Notes: generated from the letters alone by a model not told the origin. A stretch of 59,087 bases of DNA from an uncultured Candidatus Saccharibacteria bacterium (GCA_964460835.1 CAYWQF010000001.1:1-59087), one strand, 5' to 3'; shown: positions 34,412-44,409, counted from the stretch's first letter. Numbers and translations: made by a program.

Positions 34412-34996
34412 ATGTCTTACGAAAATTATAAACAAAAAATAATAAACTTCTATCGAGCGCTCAAAAGAGTGCCGGGCTATCAAGAGATAATGTCTATCGC
34501 TGGTTTCAAGTCTAAAAATGCTGTCTATAAATTGATAAATAAACTTGTAGATGACAATGTCTTTAGCAAAGACTCGCGTGGAAAGCTCACACCAAACAGA
34601 CTTGCTGGTGATGTGGCACTTCTAGGTCTAGTAGAAGCTGGTATACCGACTACGGCCGAAGAGCAGTCACTGGACACTACTAGCATAGAGGAATTTTTGA
34701 TGGGGGATATAAAGAGCGACTCCTTCATGCTTGAGGTCAAAGGTGACTCTATGATAGAAGCGCACATAGCTGAGGGCGACATGATACTTGTGGAGCGTAT
34801 CAGCAGTACATGCACAGCAAAGCCAGGTGACATAGTCGTGGCAGAAGTCGATGGAGGTTGGACTTTAAAATATTATAGGATAGACAAAAAAGGCCGGCCA
34901 TATCTAGAGCCAGCAAATTCTAAATACAAACCGATATATCCAGAGTATAGTTTAAATATATCCGCAAAGCTCAAGGCTGTTATACGAAAGGTCTAG
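34412..34996 (+). CDS. lexA: LexA repressor
   Basis: N-terminal winged-helix region, Ala-Gly cleavage site in GLVEAGIPT, S24 peptidase Ser (VKGDSMIEA) and Lys (GGWTLKYY). Confidence 0.9.
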   Translation: MSYENYKQKIINFYRALKRVPGYQEIMSIAGFKSKNAVYKLINKLVDDNVFSKDSRGKLTPNRLAGDVALLGLVEAGIPTTAEEQSLDTTSIEEFLMGDIKSDSFMLEVKGDSMIEAHIAEGDMILVERISSTCTAKPGDIVVAEVDGGWTLKYYRIDKKGRPYLEPANSKYKPIYPEYSLNISAKLKAVIRKV

Positions 34997-35051
34997 ATCC
35001 CCCAGCTTAAGCCTTGCACAAATTTTTCAAAACAGTGATATAATATTGGTC

Positions 35052-35870
35052 ATGGATACAACAAACAACAATACAAATTCAAATGACCCTATGAACAGCT
35101 CTACATCAGGTTCTGGAGCATCTCCTTTTAGTAATAGTAGTAATAGCTCTGATTCTATAGGTAGTGTGGGTAGCGTCAGTGGCAATACTGATATTGGTAT
35201 GAGTTCAGATATAGACTCTAAACCACTTCCTCCTTATGTAGGTATGTCCTCATACACCCCTCCTGCACCATCTGCAAACACTACTAGTGATATCAGTTCT
35301 ACGATACACAAGGATCCTCTTATTATAGACAATGAAATGCTTGCAAATGAGACTGCAAAGTACAACAAGTCACGAGCTTCTGTTGGCTCTGGTGCTAGTC
35401 ATATATATCTGTGGGCTATTATTTCATTTGTAGTTCTTTTAGCTATAGGTGGCGGAGCTTACTGGTACTTCTTCATGCAGGGTGGCGCTTCTGATATGAC
35501 TGATACAGCAAATACAAATACTCAAAACTCAGCTTTTCCAGCTGGAGCTATAAATAACAATCCTGCAAAGCCTACGACTTCTGCGCCAGTAAATACTAAA
35601 CCAACAGTTACAAAACCCGCGACTGTCACCCCTGCTCTAAATGGTTCACAGCGAGATATTATAGAAGCTTTTATTAGAAAAAATATAAACTCAATTTCAC
35701 CTAGAAAATCTTCAATAGCATTCACTGTTACTGATGTTACTTTTGATGGTCCAGATCGAGCTCTTGTTAGTTATTCAAATGGTAATGTTAGCTATACAGC
35801 CGTAGTAGTAGCTTCTGTTAGTGCAACTGGCGCAGTGAGGATCTCAAGCTTCACAGTCTTGACCAAATAA
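35052..35870 (+). CDS. hypothetical single-pass membrane protein
   Basis: The ORF is open from a TTG at 35046; the ATG is at 35052. Ser/Asn-rich N-terminus, one TM helix (LWAIISFVVLLAIGGGAYWYFF), and an extracytoplasmic C-domain. Confidence 0.5.
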   Translation: MDTTNNNTNSNDPMNSSTSGSGASPFSNSSNSSDSIGSVGSVSGNTDIGMSSDIDSKPLPPYVGMSSYTPPAPSANTTSDISSTIHKDPLIIDNEMLANETAKYNKSRASVGSGASHIYLWAIISFVVLLAIGGGAYWYFFMQGGASDMTDTANTNTQNSAFPAGAINNNPAKPTTSAPVNTKPTVTKPATVTPALNGSQRDIIEAFIRKNINSISPRKSSIAFTVTDVTFDGPDRALVSYSNGNVSYTAVVVASVSATGAVRISSFTVLTK

Positions 35871-36475
35871 TGGATAGTAAAGAAAAAAAATATATCGATA
35901 GAGCGTCTGATTTTCGTGATCTTATAAGCAAGATTCAGTCTGGCGACACGAAGGCTTTTGATATTTTATATAAAGAATGTGTAAGTAAAATATATAGATA
36001 TGTTTATTTTAGACTTGGTGCTGATATAGCTAGGAAACAATTGGCCGAAGACATCACTCAAGAGACTTTTTTGAAAACATATCAGGCTATAAAAGACAGT
36101 AAAATAGATACAGAGCGAGGCTCTCCTTTGTCATACATATATACTGTTGCGCGAAATCTAATAATAGACAACTCTAGAAAGAGAAAAGAGGAACTTTTTG
36201 CTGAAGATAAAGACGCTGATGATTATATAGAAAATGATCAAAATCCTATAAGCGACGCTGAGGTCCGGGAAATGTCCAAGCACGCCATAGAGGCTATTTA
36301 CAAGCTACCAGAGGCTATACAAGAAGTCTTTATATTTTACTATATAAATGACTATTCTACTGAGGAAATATGCTCCATAACAGGCAAAACCCCAGAGGCT
36401 ATAAGGAAGCTAAAGTCACGCGGATTGACCTTATTACGTTATATAATACGAGAGCAATATGGAGAAAATAATTAA
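35870..36475 (+). CDS. ECF-type RNA polymerase sigma factor
   Basis: Region 2 (AEDITQETFLKTYQA; YIYTVARNLIIDNSRKR) and region 4 HTH (YINDYSTEEICSITGKTPEAIRKLKSRG). Confidence 0.85.
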   Translation: MDSKEKKYIDRASDFRDLISKIQSGDTKAFDILYKECVSKIYRYVYFRLGADIARKQLAEDITQETFLKTYQAIKDSKIDTERGSPLSYIYTVARNLIIDNSRKRKEELFAEDKDADDYIENDQNPISDAEVREMSKHAIEAIYKLPEAIQEVFIFYYINDYSTEEICSITGKTPEAIRKLKSRGLTLLRYIIREQYGENN

Positions 36476-36971
36476 TAAAAATAAGGCGGTAAATATGGCG
36501 AATATAAATGAGCAGGCTATAGAGTCTGCTATTAAGGGTGCATTTTCATTGCGCGTTGAGCAAGATGATTTTACTCCTTCAAGTGATTTTTCTGATAAGA
36601 TCATGTCATCTATATCTACCGTATCACCTTATTCAAATTCTATTAAAACTATCCATAGTAACGCTCGTGTCAGTCCTTACAACAGCTTCATAAAGCACTT
36701 TTGGAAAATGACATTACCAGTATCTGCTGTAATAGCGATGGTAGTTGTCATAGGAGGAAGCTCGTATTATGAATATTATTCACCATCTATATCAGATAGA
36801 AACGGCGTGATAAAGACCATAGACGGCGACTCTACAGATAGTGCTTATGCAGGTTTACTTTCTCAAGAGGAGTTGGACGCCGAACTTATGGCATACAACA
36901 ACCCTGAAGAAGATGTAGCATTGGCAACTTATGATTCTAATAGTCTTACTAGCTATGATATTACTATCTAA
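36459..36971 (+). CDS. putative anti-sigma factor (single-pass membrane protein)
   Basis: Overlaps the sigma gene by 17 nt. Has one central TM helix (LPVSAVIAMVVVIGG). The assignment rests on position only. Confidence 0.45.
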   Translation: MEKIINKNKAVNMANINEQAIESAIKGAFSLRVEQDDFTPSSDFSDKIMSSISTVSPYSNSIKTIHSNARVSPYNSFIKHFWKMTLPVSAVIAMVVVIGGSSYYEYYSPSISDRNGVIKTIDGDSTDSAYAGLLSQEELDAELMAYNNPEEDVALATYDSNSLTSYDITI

Positions 36972-37009
36972 TAAAATCTAAATAACACAACTCAATTAAA
37001 ATTAAAAAT

Positions 37010-37783
37010 ATGACTAAAAAAACTAAAAATAAATTTATAACAACAGTTGTCGGAGGTGCACTTGCTGTGAGTTTGATGAACCCTTTGATGGCAAATGCGG
37101 AGTCAAATAACACTTCGACTTCTACAAATTCAACAAAAAACGGATCTTTTTGTCTAAATGTTAACAATTTAAATGCTAACTTAGATAAGCAGTTTGCTGA
37201 AAAGGAATCAAAAAATACAAAAGAAAGAAATGACAGAGAAGCAAAACTCTCTGCTAGAAAATCAGATCAGGAAAGTAAAATAGTTGAAAAGAGAGGTGAG
37301 GCAGACAAAACAAGAGCAGATCGTTTTGCAAAGATAGGTGCTAAGGCTACATCTACAGCACAGATTGCCGCTGTAGATACTTTCAAGGCTACTATTGCAA
37401 ACGCTGTAAATGTACGACGAATAGCTGTAGATGCAGCTATGACAGCTTATAAAAATGGTGTAGCTAGTAGTACTTCAAGTAGACAGACTACAGTAGATAT
37501 TGCAAAGACAAATCTAAGAAATGCAGTAGATACAGCTGTAAGTAAGGCAAAGACAGACTGTGCTTCTGGTGTGTCAGACAGTAGTGCTCGCTCAACATTC
37601 AAAAACAGTGTTAAGGCAGCAAAGGATCAGTTCAACTCTGCTGTAAAAGGTTCTACTGGCGTGAAGTCTCAAGTTGAGGCTCTCGCTAAGATACGAAAAG
37701 CAGCAATAGAAAAGGCTCATGCTGATTTCAAAGCTACTGTAGACGCAGCGATTTCCACTCTTAAAATATCATTGGGTAAATAA
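37010..37783 (+). CDS. secreted alpha-helical repeat protein (hypothetical)
   Basis: Signal peptide (VVGGALAVSLMNPLMANA) followed by Ala/Lys-rich amphipathic repeats. Confidence 0.5.
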   Translation: MTKKTKNKFITTVVGGALAVSLMNPLMANAESNNTSTSTNSTKNGSFCLNVNNLNANLDKQFAEKESKNTKERNDREAKLSARKSDQESKIVEKRGEADKTRADRFAKIGAKATSTAQIAAVDTFKATIANAVNVRRIAVDAAMTAYKNGVASSTSSRQTTVDIAKTNLRNAVDTAVSKAKTDCASGVSDSSARSTFKNSVKAAKDQFNSAVKGSTGVKSQVEALAKIRKAAIEKAHADFKATVDAAISTLKISLGK

Positions 37784-37821
37784 TAATACTTTGTAGTTAG
37801 ATTAGTAAGAAGAATATCTGT

Positions 37822-37932
37822 AAACACAATACACTTACAATATAGGAGACTAGCGAGGACGACCGGTCCGAGCTCGAGGAATTTTCTAGCAAGAAAATAT
37901 CCGTACTCCTATATTGTAAGTGTATTGTGTTT
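37822..37932. repeat. perfect 27-bp inverted repeat with 57-nt GC-rich spacer
   Basis: AAACACAATACACTTACAATATAGGAG (37822-48) is the exact reverse complement of 37906-37932. The spacer holds the adjacent palindromes GACCGGTC and CGAGCTCG. Confidence 0.9.
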
Positions 37933-37981
37933 GTGTATTTTTTTATTTCTTATTTTTCACACGAGTGCTATTATATATAAC

Positions 37982-38698
37982 ATGATAGAAAAAGGTCTTA
38001 TCTCTTTTATAAATACAAAGTTGGAAAACGACATTTCACCAACTCATATCAAGAGAATGCTGGCTCATGCTGGTATTAAAGATACTGATGTGGAAGCAGC
38101 CTTTGCTCATATTAAGGCCAATTTTACTGATTCACATAGACATGAGGTGGCTCGCAATGATTTTTTGCCACCATTAAATAAAAACCATAAAAAACAAGAT
38201 GAAGAGGGAGGTTCATTACATCACGACCTGAAACACAAAGGGCTTTTCAAGGGCCGACTTCGAAGAAAAGATTTTATACTCGGTTTCATTTTCTTTTTTG
38301 CTATAGGTTACATCCTTCTTGCTTTTGGGGTTGCACTGCTTTCTATATTTTATCCAGCGGTATGGGCGCAAATAAATAATGCATTAGTACAAGATGATAG
38401 TGGTATGTTTTTGATATTTATACCAGTCATACTTTTTCCTATTACTATAATAATGCTTTCGCTCATCACGCGTAGACTACACAATCTAGGAATGTCTGGA
38501 AGTTTGAGTATTCTTTTCTTATCGGCATTTATCCTACCAACAGTAGACATTCCTCCTTTTGGAAAGGCTTCTGTGTTTATTGCATTGGTTACGCTGTTTA
38601 TCATTCTGCTAACAAAAAAAGGGGATACTGCGCCAAATATGTATGGAGCTCTACCAGCAAGCAGAGGTTCATTCTTTAAGAGAATAATTAATATTTAA
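37982..38698 (+). CDS. DUF805-like inner-membrane protein with N-terminal soluble domain
   Basis: The ORF-track start at 37925 lies inside the inverted repeat; the ATG at 37982 is more plausible. GRLRRKDFILGFIFFF and ITRRLHNLGMSG resemble the DUF805 (YhaH-like) signature. Confidence 0.6.
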   Translation: MIEKGLISFINTKLENDISPTHIKRMLAHAGIKDTDVEAAFAHIKANFTDSHRHEVARNDFLPPLNKNHKKQDEEGGSLHHDLKHKGLFKGRLRRKDFILGFIFFFAIGYILLAFGVALLSIFYPAVWAQINNALVQDDSGMFLIFIPVILFPITIIMLSLITRRLHNLGMSGSLSILFLSAFILPTVDIPPFGKASVFIALVTLFIILLTKKGDTAPNMYGALPASRGSFFKRIINI

Positions 38699-38716
38699 TG
38701 TTATAATAAACATATT

Positions 38717-39079
38717 ATGAATCAATCATTTATTCACGCCGATATATTTTTCTTTATCACTAGTGTCGCTGTAGTCTTGCTGGTAATACTCATGGTTGTA
38801 CTTCTAGCTTACGCTGTGAAGATAGTGCGAACTGTTTCTTTTATGACTACTACTATAAAAGAGGAAAGCGACAATATAGTAGAGGACATAAATGCACTCC
38901 GTCAAAAGCTCAAAGAAGAATCAGTGCGAGTAGCGGCTACAGCTTCTGCCAACGCCCCAACATTTTTGCGTTCAATAGGTAGGTTTTTTGTAAGCAATAT
39001 ATTTGGCAGTGCAGGCAAAAGTCGCGCAGAACATTCTGGCACTGGAGCTGCTCCAAAAAGCAAGTCTAAAGTAAAATAA
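38717..39079 (+). CDS. hypothetical small membrane protein
   Basis: 120 aa. N-terminal TM helix (IFFFITSVAVVLLVILMVVLLAYAV) and a charged helical tail. Confidence 0.5.
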   Translation: MNQSFIHADIFFFITSVAVVLLVILMVVLLAYAVKIVRTVSFMTTTIKEESDNIVEDINALRQKLKEESVRVAATASANAPTFLRSIGRFFVSNIFGSAGKSRAEHSGTGAAPKSKSKVK

Positions 39080-39153
39080 AGTGCTATACTGTTAGTCATA
39101 TCGGGTAAGATAAAAGGTTAATAAATATTAATATTTTAATTTATATACAGAAA

Positions 39154-39609
39154 ATGGCTACAAATAAGGCTAAAACACAGGTTAAATCAAATGCAGGTTC
39201 AAATGCTGGTATGGCAATACTAGGAGGTATCGCAGTGGCGGCTGCTGCTGGTGCGTATTTTATACACGGCAACAAAGCGGTACAGAGAGATATCAAGAAG
39301 AAAGCTAAGGCGGTAAAAGGCTGGGCACTAAAAGCAAAAGGTGAAGTGATGCAAAAGATAGAAACTCTAAAGGCTATCGATGAAGAGCTTTACAACAAAG
39401 CTATAGATGCAGTTATGAAGAAATATGAAAATGTTAAGAGTATTGATACTACTGAGGTCTCATCTGTTGCAAAAGAACTAAAGAGTCATTGGAAAAATAT
39501 TAAGAAAGAGCTCAGTGCAGGATCAAAGATTGCAAAGAAAACAGCTAAGAAGGTTGCAAAAGTTGCCACAAAAGTAGCTAGTGATGCTAAGACTGCGGTT
39601 ACAAAATAG
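39154..39609 (+). CDS. hypothetical Lys/Ala-rich membrane-associated protein
   Basis: 151 aa. One hydrophobic segment (MAILGGIAVAAAAGAYFI) followed by a long basic helical region. Confidence 0.5.
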   Translation: MATNKAKTQVKSNAGSNAGMAILGGIAVAAAAGAYFIHGNKAVQRDIKKKAKAVKGWALKAKGEVMQKIETLKAIDEELYNKAIDAVMKKYENVKSIDTTEVSSVAKELKSHWKNIKKELSAGSKIAKKTAKKVAKVATKVASDAKTAVTK

Positions 39610-39613
39610 TCAG

Positions 39614-40711
39614 ATGAGAGATCAGACTCCAAAAAATTCAGAAATGCGAAAAAAGCCAGACTTGAATGCACGGCAAAATTTACCTAAGAAATTTACGGCA
39701 CCAAAACTAGACGCACCACGACTATCATCTAAGCCGGCCTCAAACACAGTCTCAAAACCTGTCCAAAAAACAAATACTTCATGGGGAGGTGTAGCAAACT
39801 GGTATGATGAGTATTTGCAAAGTCCTGACTCATATCAGAAGGCTGTAATACTGCCAAACTTGATGCGAATACTTGACCCTCGTCGTGGTGAAAAGATACT
39901 CGACCTCGCTTGTGGTCAGGGCTTTTTCTCTGAGGAAATAGCGAAGCGTCATGCAGAAGTTATTGGTGTAGATATATCTCATGAGCTTGTAGAAAAAGCG
40001 GACCAGCGTCTACACGCCATGCATCTCAAGAACGCAAAGTTTTTTGTCTCTCCTGCAAATGAACTCAAGATGATACAAAACTGCACTATAGACAATATAG
40101 TATGCGTTCTTGCCGCTCAAAATATAAAAGAACTCGATGAGACTTTTGCTGAATGCGCTCGTGTACTTCGTCGTTCAAAACCTCAAGACAAAGTGAGCTT
40201 CGCTATCAAACATGGAGGCGATGTCAAAGACAGTCCGTCATATAAAAGCAGTAGACTTTTGCTTGTGATAAATCATCCGTCATTTCGTGTACCACAGCAC
40301 TCTGATTGGCACTATGAAGACAATCCTCGCGCAACTCATACTGGCAAACAAGGCCGAGTGGTATACAGATATATGAGTGAAGCAATGATAGAGATAGATA
40401 TGAACCCTGGTCTAAACACTGGTCCAAACAGTGTCGCTGCAAATCGTGCAATAAATACTCCAAAAGAATATCGCAATGCAAAAGAAGCTATAGACTATAA
40501 GCGAGCAAAGAAGTTTACAGTCTCATATCACAGACCACTTCAAGTCTTTGCAAAATGGCTGACAAAAAACGGCTTTGCTATCACGCGAATAGAGGAGTGG
40601 ACTTCACATAAAAAGAGTCAGGAAAATGGCCTACGTTCAGCGGCCGAAGATACCGCGCGCCGAGAGATACCGATGTTTATGTGTATAGAGGCGAGTTTGT
40701 TGAATAAATAG
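39614..40711 (+). CDS. class I SAM-dependent methyltransferase
   Basis: Motif I ILDLACGQGFFSEE and post-I VIGVDIS. The ORF-track start at 39581 overlaps the previous gene; the in-frame ATG at 39614 is preferred. Basic N-terminal extension. Confidence 0.7.
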   Translation: MRDQTPKNSEMRKKPDLNARQNLPKKFTAPKLDAPRLSSKPASNTVSKPVQKTNTSWGGVANWYDEYLQSPDSYQKAVILPNLMRILDPRRGEKILDLACGQGFFSEEIAKRHAEVIGVDISHELVEKADQRLHAMHLKNAKFFVSPANELKMIQNCTIDNIVCVLAAQNIKELDETFAECARVLRRSKPQDKVSFAIKHGGDVKDSPSYKSSRLLLVINHPSFRVPQHSDWHYEDNPRATHTGKQGRVVYRYMSEAMIEIDMNPGLNTGPNSVAANRAINTPKEYRNAKEAIDYKRAKKFTVSYHRPLQVFAKWLTKNGFAITRIEEWTSHKKSQENGLRSAAEDTARREIPMFMCIEASLLNK

Positions 40712-40778
40712 TGGGACAGTCGGTAAAAATAAAAAGCGAGTCGGCGAGAAAATAGGCAAGCTCGCTGGCAAAAAAGCG

Positions 40779-40817
40779 AAAAAAAATCCCCCGAGCACCA
40801 TTTTCATAGGTCGGGGG
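40779..40817 (-). terminator. intrinsic terminator of the 40825..41292 gene
   Basis: On the minus strand, CCCCCGA ... TCGGGGG is followed by ATTTTTTTT. Confidence 0.65.
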
Positions 40818-40824
40818 TGAGGGG

Positions 40825-41292
40825 TTAAGCAAAAGGACTCAGTCTGGGACTCTGAGCTTGGTGATGTTCTCGTTTTGGACGTTTGTACTCTGGCAGGACG
40901 TTGTGTCCTGCTTTAGGGTCTAGGCGGTCGCAGATGATGAATGCAAGGCAAGCTGCAGCCATGTGGCGCAGCAGGCCTTCTGCATCGTAGTTTTCAAGCA
41001 TTGGTGGCGAGGGAAAAAGTTCTCCCACCCTCACCGTCAAACCAGTGTTGATCTTTTTGAAAGAGCAGATGATTTTGACAAGGGTTTCTTGCCTCATCTT
41101 ATACACGTTATACATGACACCAGGCTGACATCCAGGACCACTTCGTATCTTGAGGGCTGAGACGATGAAGACGAGGAACTCGCCAGTCATAAGCGAGCCG
41201 TCCCCATCATTCAAGAAGTTCTCTTTCATCACCTCATCAAACCGCCTCGATCCAATGATGTTATCTGTCAGGTCTGTCAAGTACTGTTTCAT
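40825..41292 (-). CDS. hypothetical protein on GC-richer islet
   Basis: 155-aa ORF with a strong SD (AAGGAGGA 7 nt upstream) and its own terminator. No family recognised. Confidence 0.5.
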   Translation of the reverse strand: MKQYLTDLTDNIIGSRRFDEVMKENFLNDGDGSLMTGEFLVFIVSALKIRSGPGCQPGVMYNVYKMRQETLVKIICSFKKINTGLTVRVGELFPSPPMLENYDAEGLLRHMAAACLAFIICDRLDPKAGHNVLPEYKRPKREHHQAQSPRLSPFA

Positions 41293-41478
41293 TTTTTATG
41301 TCCTCCTTAAGAACATTTCCCGCTCCCATAACGGATCATTTCTCCCGAATTATTCGGAAAGCATATGATGGAAGTAAAACAAAACTTCCGGGCGGCCCGA
41401 TAGAGTGTTAGCCCTATCGATTTGTACATTATATCACTTATATAGCCACCCGTCAATATCAGCAAAACCACCATTTTT

Positions 41479-41487
41479 TGCTATAAT
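41479..41487 (+). promoter_or_regulatory. extended -10 box (TGCTATAAT) upstream of gyrB
   Basis: Sequence motif only, about 35 nt upstream of the gyrB ATG. Confidence 0.45.
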
Positions 41488-41520
41488 ATCGAGCATAAAA
41501 TCCCTGTTAAAAAATATTAT

Positions 41521-43746
41521 ATGGCCAAAGAAAAACCCGAAAAACCAGCTAAAAATAAAGACGTTTATGATGCATCGTCCATCACAGTATTGGAGGGTCT
41601 AGAGCCTGTACGAAAGCGTCCTGGTATGTATATTGGTACCACAGGTCCCGATGGTTTGTATCACCTTATATGGGAGATATTCGACAACTCTAGAGATGAG
41701 GCTATGGCCGGACGATGTAGTCATATAGAAGTAGCACTTCTTCCTGAGGGCTATATACGAGTAGCTGACAATGGTAATGGTATGCCTGTAGGTATTCACC
41801 CAAAGACAAAAGTGTCTGCTGTGGAGACTATCATGACAGTGCTACACGCCGGAGGAAAGTTCGACAACAATGCCTACAAAGTTTCTGGAGGTTTGCACGG
41901 TGTAGGTGCGTCTGTGGTAAACGCTTTGTCTGTACATACAAAAGTTATAGTGCATCAAGACGGTGGTGTACATATGCAGGAGTACAATATAGGTAAACCA
42001 AAAGCTCCTACAAAAAAGATCGGCACTTCAAAGAAGCACGGTACTATTGTGATGTTCAAGCCAGACGTAGAGATTTTCAAAGAGGGTATTAGTTTTGATT
42101 TTAATAGAATAGTAAATCACTTGCGACAGCAGGCCTATCTAGTAAAAGGCCTAGAGGTCAATGTGGTAGACGCTCGTGAATACGATCTCAAGCAACTTCA
42201 AAAACTTCTCGATCCAAATGATGGTGGTGCGTATTTTATAAAAGACGAGCACATAGATGTGCCGTCTATGACTTTCTGTTTTGAAGGAGGTCTCCGTTCG
42301 CTTGTAGCTTTCTACAACAGAACACAAAAACCTGTTCATAAAAATATTTTTTATACTGAAAAAGAATACATAGCTGACAAAAATACAGTAGAAGGAGGTC
42401 AAAGTCGTAACCCTAGTGTTTGGGTAGAGCTAGCGCTACAGTACGTAGACGATATCAATACAAAGATAGTTGCTTTTGCAAACAATACATACAACTCGGA
42501 GGGAGGTACACACATTGCAGGTTTCAAAACAGCACTTACTCGTACTATCAATCAGTATGCAAAGAAGAACAATATTATAAAAGATTCTGAAGATAACCTT
42601 ACTGGAGATGATGTACTCGAAGGTCTAGTGGCTGTAGTGTCAGTGAAGTTGCCTGAAATACAGTTTGAAGGTCAGACAAAAGCCAAGCTCGGATCTATGG
42701 AGGCTCAGGGTGCCACTGCTTCTGTATTCTCAGAAGCATTCTCAGCATTCATGGAGGAGAACCCCGACGATGCCAAGGCTATCATCAACAAAGGCTTGCT
42801 TGCTCTACGTGCACGAAAAGCTGCCAAAGCTGCAAAAGACTCAGTACTTCGAAAGGGTGCACTAGAGGGTATGACACTTCCTGGTAAGCTCTCAGACTGT
42901 CAGAGTCGTCGAGCAGAGGAGTCAGAGCTCTTCATAGTGGAGGGAGATTCTGCGGGAGGTACAGCGAAGATGGGTCGTGACAGACGCACACAAGCGGTCC
43001 TTCCACTTCGAGGTAAGATTCTAAACATTGAACGAGCACGTCTCGACAAAATGCTCGCATCAGAACAGATACGAAATCTAGTAGTCGCACTCGGTACTGC
43101 TATTGGTGATACATTTGACATAGCAAAGCTCCGATATCACAAGATCATCGTGGCTACAGATGCCGATGTGGACGGCGCGCATATTCGTACACTCATACTC
43201 ACTCTCTTCTATAGATATTTCCGACCACTCATTGACGGAGGTTTTATATATATCGCTCAGCCACCGCTATACAAGGTCAAGAAGGGTAAGGAGGTTCACT
43301 ATTTCTATGATGATGAAAATAAAAATGCATTCCTTAAAAAAGAAGGTGTGGATGTAAACTCTGTAGAAATACAAAGCGAAGACAGTGATGACGAAAGCGC
43401 AGAAGGTGATGAAGGTGAAAATACAGACGATATTGAGGGTGCAGAAAATGAAGCGGATGAAAAAGGTAAGAAGGGTAAGGGTGCGAAGGGTGACAAAGGC
43501 ACAGATGCTAAGTCTGTAGCTAAGGCGACAAAGATACATGTACAGCGATATAAAGGTCTTGGAGAAATGAACGCAGAAGAGCTCGGCGAGACTACTATGG
43601 ATATCACAAAGCGAGTACTAAAGCGTGTGACTATTGAAGATGCGACTGAAGCGGACAAGATCATAGATGTACTCATGGGTAATGACGTACCTTCACGAAA
43701 GACATTCATACAGACAAACGCGAAGATGGCTCGGATAGACGCGTAG
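41521..43746 (+). CDS. gyrB: DNA gyrase subunit B
   Basis: GHKL ATPase blocks (LYHLIWEIFDNSRDEA, DNGNGMP, GGLHGVGASVVNALS), Toprim (ELFIVEGDSAGG, ATDADVDGAHI), and tail QRYKGLGEMNAEEL. Carries an acidic/Lys-rich insert before the tail. Confidence 0.95.
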   Translation: MAKEKPEKPAKNKDVYDASSITVLEGLEPVRKRPGMYIGTTGPDGLYHLIWEIFDNSRDEAMAGRCSHIEVALLPEGYIRVADNGNGMPVGIHPKTKVSAVETIMTVLHAGGKFDNNAYKVSGGLHGVGASVVNALSVHTKVIVHQDGGVHMQEYNIGKPKAPTKKIGTSKKHGTIVMFKPDVEIFKEGISFDFNRIVNHLRQQAYLVKGLEVNVVDAREYDLKQLQKLLDPNDGGAYFIKDEHIDVPSMTFCFEGGLRSLVAFYNRTQKPVHKNIFYTEKEYIADKNTVEGGQSRNPSVWVELALQYVDDINTKIVAFANNTYNSEGGTHIAGFKTALTRTINQYAKKNNIIKDSEDNLTGDDVLEGLVAVVSVKLPEIQFEGQTKAKLGSMEAQGATASVFSEAFSAFMEENPDDAKAIINKGLLALRARKAAKAAKDSVLRKGALEGMTLPGKLSDCQSRRAEESELFIVEGDSAGGTAKMGRDRRTQAVLPLRGKILNIERARLDKMLASEQIRNLVVALGTAIGDTFDIAKLRYHKIIVATDADVDGAHIRTLILTLFYRYFRPLIDGGFIYIAQPPLYKVKKGKEVHYFYDDENKNAFLKKEGVDVNSVEIQSEDSDDESAEGDEGENTDDIEGAENEADEKGKKGKGAKGDKGTDAKSVAKATKIHVQRYKGLGEMNAEELGETTMDITKRVLKRVTIEDATEADKIIDVLMGNDVPSRKTFIQTNAKMARIDA

Positions 43747-43910
43747 TTTTACAAACCCTTTACAATAAACCTCTTTTCAAATAGCATATTCCTAGATCTC
43801 GCTCTTTGTCTAAGTGTGGGATTTTCAAAAAGATAGTTAGGTAAATTCAGTAAACGAAACTCAGTCAAAAAACAAGCCAAAATTCAGCAACCTCAGATTC
43901 TCAACTTCTT

Positions 43911-44336
43911 ATGAAAACACTCTTTTTCGAACTCGCCACTTGGGCCATTGGCCTTTATGTGGTTCTGTCTGTTGTTTCGGTATCTTTGTCCTATTTGATC
44001 AGACGTATCGGATATCTCGGTCTTAACAATGGCCGCGGCTCCGTGTCGCCAAAGTACACCAAGTGGATGTGGGAGCATCTCTATGACGCAAAGTCTGTCT
44101 CTGTTCCTGACAAGAGTGACAGGACTTTTAGCCTCGTAAAAGTGCTCTTCCGTATCTTCTTCTTGCCGAGTCTCATCTTTCTAGGCCCACTCTTGATGGT
44201 TACGACCATCCTCGACTGTCTCAACTTTATCGGCATCCGCCTTCCTCGTCGAGTGCCAGAAGGAGGCTTTGATGCCGACAAGTCTTACCCACCACTTGCG
44301 GTAGCGATGGGTGTCTCAGACGAAGGGCACCGTTAA
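43911..44336 (+). CDS. hypothetical membrane protein on GC-richer islet
   Basis: 141 aa with two hydrophobic segments. No SD and no known motif. Confidence 0.45.
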   Translation: MKTLFFELATWAIGLYVVLSVVSVSLSYLIRRIGYLGLNNGRGSVSPKYTKWMWEHLYDAKSVSVPDKSDRTFSLVKVLFRIFFLPSLIFLGPLLMVTTILDCLNFIGIRLPRRVPEGGFDADKSYPPLAVAMGVSDEGHR

Positions 44337-44409
44337 CAGTTTTCTTTGATAGGGTGAGGACTATCATCTCCTTCACTTTAAAAATCAACGAATTCATTTC
44401 AAACCAAAA

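Noticed and set aside
37849-37905. Cloning-vector/polylinker contamination (AgeI ACCGGT, SacI GAGCTC and XhoI CTCGAG sites are clustered)
   Set aside because: Only about 25 nt are involved. They are embedded symmetrically within a native-looking 27-bp inverted repeat, with no flanking vector-like sequence. More likely these are natural palindromes. This cannot be excluded without a vector-database search.
41150-41200. EF-hand calcium-binding loop in the 40825..41292 protein (LNDGDGSLMTGE)
   Set aside because: It fits the 12-residue loop spacing only if position 1 is Leu instead of Asp, and no flanking helix pair or second EF-hand is evident. This is too weak to annotate.
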